Source: a virus (Duplodnaviria > Heunggongvirae > Uroviricota > Caudoviricetes). Taken from it: a stretch of 21,204 nt of DNA. The position numbers and the translations under genes were made by a program. Positions 16,686 through 21,204 of the stretch are shown here, piece after piece. Numbering within the stretch: the stretch's first letter is position 1; each line of letters starts with the position of its first letter. The notes under the pieces were generated by a model. It was not told the DNA's origin, did no database searches, and saw nothing but the letters and a program-made list of their open reading frames with translations. The DNA lies in IMG/VR virus record IMGVR_UViG_2703718841_000002, one strand, 5' to 3'.

Positions 16686-17989
16686 CAGTGAAATACTACG
16701 CCATTCTGACTAATCAGGGCGCAGCACGGCTGGCTAACGCGACGATGCTCGGCAGTAAGCTGAATCTGACGCAAATGGCCGTTGGTGATGCGAATGGTGT
16801 CTTGCCGACACCAGACCCGGCACAGACAAAACTGATTAATCAGAAACGCATCGCGCCGCTGAATCTTCTGAGTGTTGACCCGAACAACCAGAGCCAGATT
16901 ATTGCGGAGCAAATCATCCCTGAGAACGAGGGCGGATTCTGGATCCGTGAGATTGGGCTTTATGATGATGAAGGCGTACTCATTGCGGTGGCGAACTGCC
17001 CGGAAACGTACAAACCGCAGTTGCAGGAAGGCAGTGGTCGTACCCAGACTATCCGCATGATTCTGGTTGTCACGAATACCGAAGCTATTACGCTGAAAAT
17101 CGACCCGTCGGTGGTACTGGCGACCCGTAAATACGTGGATGATAAAGTCCTGGAATTAAAGCTGTATGTGGATGACCAGATGAGAAACCACATTGCCGCA
17201 CAAGATCCTCATACCCAGTATGCGCAGAAACATAATCCGACATTTACCGGAGAACCAAAAGCGCCGACGCCTGCAGCAGGAAATAACACCACGCGGATTG
17301 CGACCACTGAGTTTGTTCAGGCCGCTATTACTGCTCTGATTAACGGTGCGCCAGCCACGCTGGACACACTGAAAGAAATTGCCGCAGCCATTAACAATGA
17401 CCCGAAATTCAGTACCACCATTAACAATGCGCTGTCAGGTAAGCAGCCACTGGATGAGACGCTGACTCATTTGAGTGGAAAGGATGTTGCCGGTCTTCTC
17501 GCATACCTTGGTTTGGGAGAAGGCTCTGCATTACCTGTTGGTGTCCCTGTTCCGTGGCCTTCAGCCACTCCGCCAACAGGCTGGCTGAAATGCAACGGAG
17601 CAGCTTTTTCTGCTGAAGAATACCCGGAACTGGCAAAGGCTTACCCGACAAATAAATTGCCAGATTTACGTGGTGAGTTTATTCGTGGCTGGGATGACGG
17701 GCGTGGTATTGATGCTGGACGTGCTTTATTGAGCCTTCAGGCTGGGATGCTGGAAAAACACCGCCATATTGTTGTTGCCAATGATGGTTACGACACAAAA
17801 GATGAATGGGAACTGGCTACGATTTTCAAAAAAACATACACACAAGGACGGGGACTTGATGCCACAAATACAGGAGGGAGTCTGATCCCATCACCGACAC
17901 TTCATTCACGAGGGAGTATCGGTAATACTGGCGGGAGTGAGACCCGTCCACGAAATATTGCATTTAACTTTATCGTAAGGGCTGCATAA
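16682..17989 (+). CDS. H: Tail fibre protein gpH with a tail-collar-like C-terminal receptor-binding module
   Basis: 435 aa; conserved N-terminal fibre anchor (GGFWIREIGLYDDEGVLIAVANCPETYKP) and C-terminal PVPWP...GW..CNG..........YP.L motif region; shorter than P2 H (~669 aa). Confidence 0.8.
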   Translation: MTVKYYAILTNQGAARLANATMLGSKLNLTQMAVGDANGVLPTPDPAQTKLINQKRIAPLNLLSVDPNNQSQIIAEQIIPENEGGFWIREIGLYDDEGVLIAVANCPETYKPQLQEGSGRTQTIRMILVVTNTEAITLKIDPSVVLATRKYVDDKVLELKLYVDDQMRNHIAAQDPHTQYAQKHNPTFTGEPKAPTPAAGNNTTRIATTEFVQAAITALINGAPATLDTLKEIAAAINNDPKFSTTINNALSGKQPLDETLTHLSGKDVAGLLAYLGLGEGSALPVGVPVPWPSATPPTGWLKCNGAAFSAEEYPELAKAYPTNKLPDLRGEFIRGWDDGRGIDAGRALLSLQAGMLEKHRHIVVANDGYDTKDEWELATIFKKTYTQGRGLDATNTGGSLIPSPTLHSRGSIGNTGGSETRPRNIAFNFIVRAA

Positions 17990-18597
17990 TGGATAACGCA
18001 GTATTAAATAGCGAGTTTATTGCCACGAAGGCGGGGAATATTACCGTCTATAACTACGATGGTGAAACTCGGGAATATATTTCTGCATCAACTGAATATC
18101 TTGCAGTGGGTGTCGGTATTCCAGCATATTCCTGTTTAGACGCTCCTGGTACATATAAGGCTGGTTATACAATTTGCCGTTCTGTAGATTTAAATTCATG
18201 GGAATATGTGCCAGACCATCGCGGTGAAATCGTCTATAACACCGAGACGGGAGATGCCAAAGAAATCACAGCACCGGGTGATTACCCCGAAAATACAACC
18301 ACTATCGCCCCATTAACGCCATACGATAAATGGGATGGTGAGAAATGGGTGACCGATACTGAGGCACAGCATAGCGCCGCAGTAGACGCGGCAGAAGCAC
18401 AGCGTCAGTCACTGATTGATACTGCAATGGCTTCCATTAGTCTGATTCAGCTGAAATTACAGGCCGGACGGAATCTGACGCAGTCAGAAACCAGCCGACT
18501 TAACACGGTGTTGGATTACATTGACGCGGTGACGGCAACAGATACCAGCACCGCGCCGGATGTTATCTGGCCTGAACTGCCGGAGACTGCGCAATAA
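17989..18597 (+). CDS. G: Tail fibre assembly chaperone gpG
   Basis: 202-aa ORF directly after H, ends ...VIWPELPETAQ. Confidence 0.75.
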   Translation: MDNAVLNSEFIATKAGNITVYNYDGETREYISASTEYLAVGVGIPAYSCLDAPGTYKAGYTICRSVDLNSWEYVPDHRGEIVYNTETGDAKEITAPGDYPENTTTIAPLTPYDKWDGEKWVTDTEAQHSAAVDAAEAQRQSLIDTAMASISLIQLKLQAGRNLTQSETSRLNTVLDYIDAVTATDTSTAPDVIWPELPETAQ

Positions 18598-18733
18598 ACT
18601 CACCATCAATATATAAATCCCCCTGCTGTGTGTCAGCAGGGCATTCTTTCCATATTAATGATGGATGGAATCTTCCTTCAGGATTAATTTCCGTTATCTC
18701 TTCTACTTTATTTTCTTCAATTCTTGCCCACAT
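18563..18733 (-). CDS. Small hypothetical ORF (56 aa), AT-rich, convergent with G
   Basis: Internal ATG of track ORF 18563..18991 gives MWARIEENKVEEITEINPEGRFHPSLIWKECPADTQQGDLYIDGEFIAQSPAVQAR; the upstream part of that track ORF is an alternate frame of the Gly-rich ORF. Confidence 0.3.
   Translation of the reverse strand: MWARIEENKVEEITEINPEGRFHPSLIWKECPADTQQGDLYIDGEFIAQSPAVQAR
18621..18641 (+). terminator. Hairpin after G (CCCTGCTG-tgtgt-CAGCAGGG), weak terminator candidate
   Basis: Perfect 8-bp inverted repeat just after the G stop, followed by moderately T-rich sequence; also lies inside a possible minus-strand small ORF. Confidence 0.3.
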
Positions 18734-18740
18734 ATGAACC

Positions 18741-19157
18741 TCACCAGTAAATATAAACTGCGCCATCTGCTCCGGCACCCGACTGACCCGTTGATGAATT
18801 AGGACATAATCCAGCTCCGCCACCTCCAGGCCCAACTGCTGATACCGCTTTTCCGTTAGCTGTATCTCTGAATGAACCTGCTCCTCCGGGGCCACCACCA
18901 GAACCACCATTACCAGCTCCCGATGCGGCAGAAGCAATGGAACCTGGAGAACCTGGCCCAAGCGATGTATTAATTGTTCCCCCGACACCAACTGCTCCTA
19001 ACCCTCCGGAAGGCTGGCCTCCGCTATAGCCTCCGGAAGCTGACATGTAAGTCCCGAAACTGCTCGAGCCACCATTTTTACCGTTTACAGAAATACCAGA
19101 CACAGGCGCACCACCGGTACTGGAAAAACTCGGTGTTATCAACAAAGAGTCAGACAC
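18741..19157 (-). CDS. Glycine-rich ORF fragment (138 aa), possible remnant of G-FI cargo or of a fibre/adhesin-like gene
   Basis: Minus-strand ORF with repeated GGxGG/SGxG tracts (...GNGGSGGGPGGAGS...GPGGGGAG...); the plus-strand frames here look non-coding. Confidence 0.4.
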   Translation of the reverse strand: MSDSLLITPSFSSTGGAPVSGISVNGKNGGSSSFGTYMSASGGYSGGQPSGGLGAVGVGGTINTSLGPGSPGSIASAASGAGNGGSGGGPGGAGSFRDTANGKAVSAVGPGGGGAGLCPNSSTGQSGAGADGAVYIYW

Positions 19158-19164
19158 ACTTGAC

Positions 19165-19434
19165 CAGACCGCCGCCAGAACTCAAGCCGCCACGTATGGC
19201 CGCGGTGGTTATATTCCGGCGACCAGCTCTTATGCAGGCTATCAGGCTTATCAGCCGGTCACGGTACCGGCTGGTCGCTCTTATGTGGACCAGAGTAAAA
19301 ACGAATATCACATCAGTCTGACGGGCGGTACTGCGCCGGGGACACAGCTTGACCGCCAGTTACAGGATGCACTCGAAAAATACGAGCGGGATAAACGTGC
19401 GCGCGCCCGTGCCAGCATGATGCATGACGGTTAA
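19165..19434 (+). pseudogene. T: 3' remnant (~88 codons) of tape-measure gene T; the rest of T and genes FI, FII, E are absent
   Basis: Frame reads ...TYGRGGYIPATSSYAGYQAYQPVTVPAGRSYVDQSKNEYHISLTGGTAPGTQLDRQLQDALEKYERDKRARARASMMHDG* ending just before the U RBS (AAGGAGG); coordinates approximate (+/- 2 nt). Confidence 0.55.
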
Positions 19435-19448
19435 GGAGGTGACGAAAA

Positions 19449-19928
19449 ATGATGCTCGCGTTAGGTATGTTTGTTTTTATGCGCCAGACGCTGCCACACC
19501 AGACCATGCAGCGTGAATCAGATTATCGCTGGCCGTCAAATTCCCGTATCGGTAAACGGGATGCCTTTCAGTTTCTCGGTGTGGGTGAGGAAAACATCAC
19601 GCTTGCCGGCGTGCTTTATCCCGAACTGACCGGCGGGAAGCTGACGATGACCACGCTCAGACTGATGGCAGAGGAAGGCCGGGCGTGGCCGTTGCTGGAT
19701 GGCACCGGCATGATTTACGGCATGTATGTCATCAGCAGGGTGAGTGAAACAGGGAGTATTTTCTTTGCAGACGGCACACCCCGGAAAATTGATTTTACGC
19801 TGTCGCTCACCCGCGTTGATGAATCACTGGCCGCGCTTTATGGCGATATCGGTAAACAGGCGGAATCGCTCATCGGTAAGGCTGGCAGTATGGCGACCAG
19901 ATTCACGGGTATGACGGGGGTGGGATAA
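19449..19928 (+). CDS. U: Tail protein gpU
   Basis: 159-aa ORF with AAGGAGG RBS; P2 U-like. Confidence 0.85.
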   Translation: MMLALGMFVFMRQTLPHQTMQRESDYRWPSNSRIGKRDAFQFLGVGEENITLAGVLYPELTGGKLTMTTLRLMAEEGRAWPLLDGTGMIYGMYVISRVSETGSIFFADGTPRKIDFTLSLTRVDESLAALYGDIGKQAESLIGKAGSMATRFTGMTGVG

Positions 19929-20904
19929 TGCTGGATGCGCTGACATTTGATGCAGGCAGTACGCTGACGCCGGATTACATGCTGATGCTCGACAGCAGGG
20001 ATATTACCGGCAATATCAGCGACCGTCTGATGAGTATGACCCTGACGGATAACCGGGGCTTTGAGGCTGACCAGCTTGATATTGAACTGAACGATGCCGA
20101 CGGGCAGGTCGGGCTGCCGGTTCGTGGCGCTGTCCTGACGGTGTATATCGGCTGGAAAGGTTTTGCTCTGGTATGCAAAGGGAAATTTACCGTTGATGAG
20201 GTTGAACACCGGGGCGCGCCGGATGTGGTCACCATCCGCGCCCGGAGTGCAGATTTCCGCGGGACGCTCAATTCCCGCCGTGAAGGTTCATGGCATGACA
20301 CCACGCTCGGTGCGATTGTTGAGGCGATAGCCTCCCGTAACAGGCTGGAAGCCAGAGTCGCTCCGTCACTGGCCGGAATTAAAATCCCACACATCGACCA
20401 GTCGCAGGAGTCCGACGCGAAATTCCTGACCCGTCNNNNNNNNNNNNNNNNNNNNNNNNNNNNNNNNNNNNNNNNNNNNNNNNNNNNNNNNNNNNNNNNN
20501 NNNNNNNNNNNNNNNNNNNNNNNNNNNNNNNNNNNNNNNNNNNNNNNNNNNNNNNNNNNNNNNNNNNNNNNNNNNNNNNNNNNNNNNNNNNNNNNNNNNN
20601 NNNNNNNNNNNNNNNNNNNNNNNNNNNNNNNNNNNNNNNNNNNNNNNNNNNNNNNNNNNNNNNNNNNNNNNNNNNNNNNNNNNNNNNNNNNNNNNNNNNN
20701 NNNNNNNNNNNNNNNNNNNNNNNNNNNNNNNNNNTTTACACGGAAACACCGGTCAAAGTGTCTGGCTTTAAGCGCGTCATAGACGAGCAGGACTGGACAA
20801 TCACTAAGGTGACACACTTTCTGAATAATTCCGGCTTCACGACGTCCTTAGAGCTTGAGGTCAGGCTTTCTGATGTGGAGTACGAAACAGAAGATGATGA
20901 GTGA
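19928..20904 (+). CDS. D: Tail protein gpD (late-control gene D), interrupted by an assembly gap
   Basis: N-terminal MLDALTFDAGSTLTPDYMLMLDSRDITGN...; after the N run the frame resumes ...VKVSGFKRVIDEQDWTITKVTHFLNNSGFTTSLELEVRLSDVEYETEDDE*; frames either side of the gap differ, so the gap length is not the true length. Confidence 0.75.
20436..20734. other. Assembly gap (run of 299 N)
   Basis: Uninterrupted N characters inside gene D. Confidence 0.99.
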
Positions 20905-20985
20905 TGTTTTTATTTTATCTGTTTGTTTTATAAGGATAAATTAACTAAAATGGCACCATCAACAAAACCGGAAGAGGTGCTCGCG

Positions 20986-21204
20986 ATGTTTCATTGTCCT
21001 TTATGCCAGCATGCCGCACATGCGCGTACAAGCCGCTATATCACTGACACGACAAAAGAGCGTTATCACCAGTGCCAGAACGTGAATTGCAGCGCCACGT
21101 TCATCACTTATGAGTCGGTACAGCGATACATCGTGAAGCCGGGAGAAGTCCACGCCGTAAGACCGCACCCGTTGCCGTCAGGGCAGCAAATTATGTGGAT
21201 GTAA
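20986..21204 (+). CDS. ogr: Late gene transcription activator Ogr (zinc-finger)
   Basis: ORF 20923..21204; preferred start MFHCPLCQHAAHARTSRYITDTTKERYHQCQNVNCSATF... (72 aa) with the four-Cys motif; stop is the last codon of the window. Confidence 0.85.
   Translation: MFHCPLCQHAAHARTSRYITDTTKERYHQCQNVNCSATFITYESVQRYIVKPGEVHAVRPHPLPSGQQIMWM

Noticed and set aside
14108-16912. Antisense or off-frame ORFs across V, W, J and I (14108..14491, 14271..14543, 14443..14883, 15610..15831, 15692..16303, 15949..16131, 16078..16326, 16227..16508, 16652..16912)
   Set aside because: Nested within the conserved baseplate genes; considered spurious.
16872-17651. Short ORFs inside H (16872..17060, 16960..17193, 17421..17651)
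   Set aside because: Off-frame or antisense within the tail fibre gene.
18563-18991. Full 142-aa minus-strand ORF 18563..18991 as a single gene
   Set aside because: Its first 86 codons are an alternate frame of the Gly-rich ORF; only the AT-rich distal 56 codons from the internal ATG look possibly coding, and even that is low confidence.
18974-19507. Plus-strand TTG-start ORF 18974..19321 and minus-strand ORF 19313..19507
   Set aside because: The first is an alternate frame across the Gly-rich segment and the T remnant; the second is antisense to the T remnant and the U start. The T-like frame is the coherent one.
19838-20817. ORFs spanning the N gap (19838..20209, 19975..20817, 20366..20749, and the track version of D ending 20782)
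   Set aside because: Translations run through undetermined bases (X); these are artefacts. D was re-called as 19928..20904 from the flanking frames.
1-21204. CRISPR array, tRNA or rRNA genes
   Set aside because: No regularly spaced direct repeats, no cloverleaf-like or rRNA-like segments noticed; intergenic regions are short except the cargo island leader.

Overview
This window reads as a P2-family (Peduovirus-like) prophage in prophage orientation: early/replication genes (TraR-like zinc finger, replication initiator A), a cargo slot, cos, then the late region (Q, P, N, M, L, X, lysis cassette, R, S, baseplate V-W-J-I, tail fibre H-G, U, D) ending at ogr. Gene identities rest on ORF-track translations that I recognise as P2-like from memory; no database search was run. 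Three things stand out. (1) Between A and cos, where P2 carries tin/old, sits a very AT-rich 864-aa minus-strand gene with an N-terminal SIR2-like NADase domain (GAGAS loop, TTNFDD Asn146, KLHGD His188) fused to a ~550-aa helical-repeat domain. This is the best candidate for a single-gene anti-phage system and may be undescribed. (2) An AT-rich 251-aa HNH-motif protein sits between S and V, at a site I recall as a P2 moron site. (3) The phage backbone looks defective: the terminase large subunit P is cut to its C-terminal 203 aa and abuts a 5'-truncated capsid gene N, with O absent; tail sheath FI, tube FII, E and most of T are absent between G and U, leaving a T 3' remnant and minus-strand cargo remnants. 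A 299-nt run of N (assembly gap) interrupts D, so misassembly is an alternative explanation for the junctions. No rRNA, tRNA or CRISPR array was seen.
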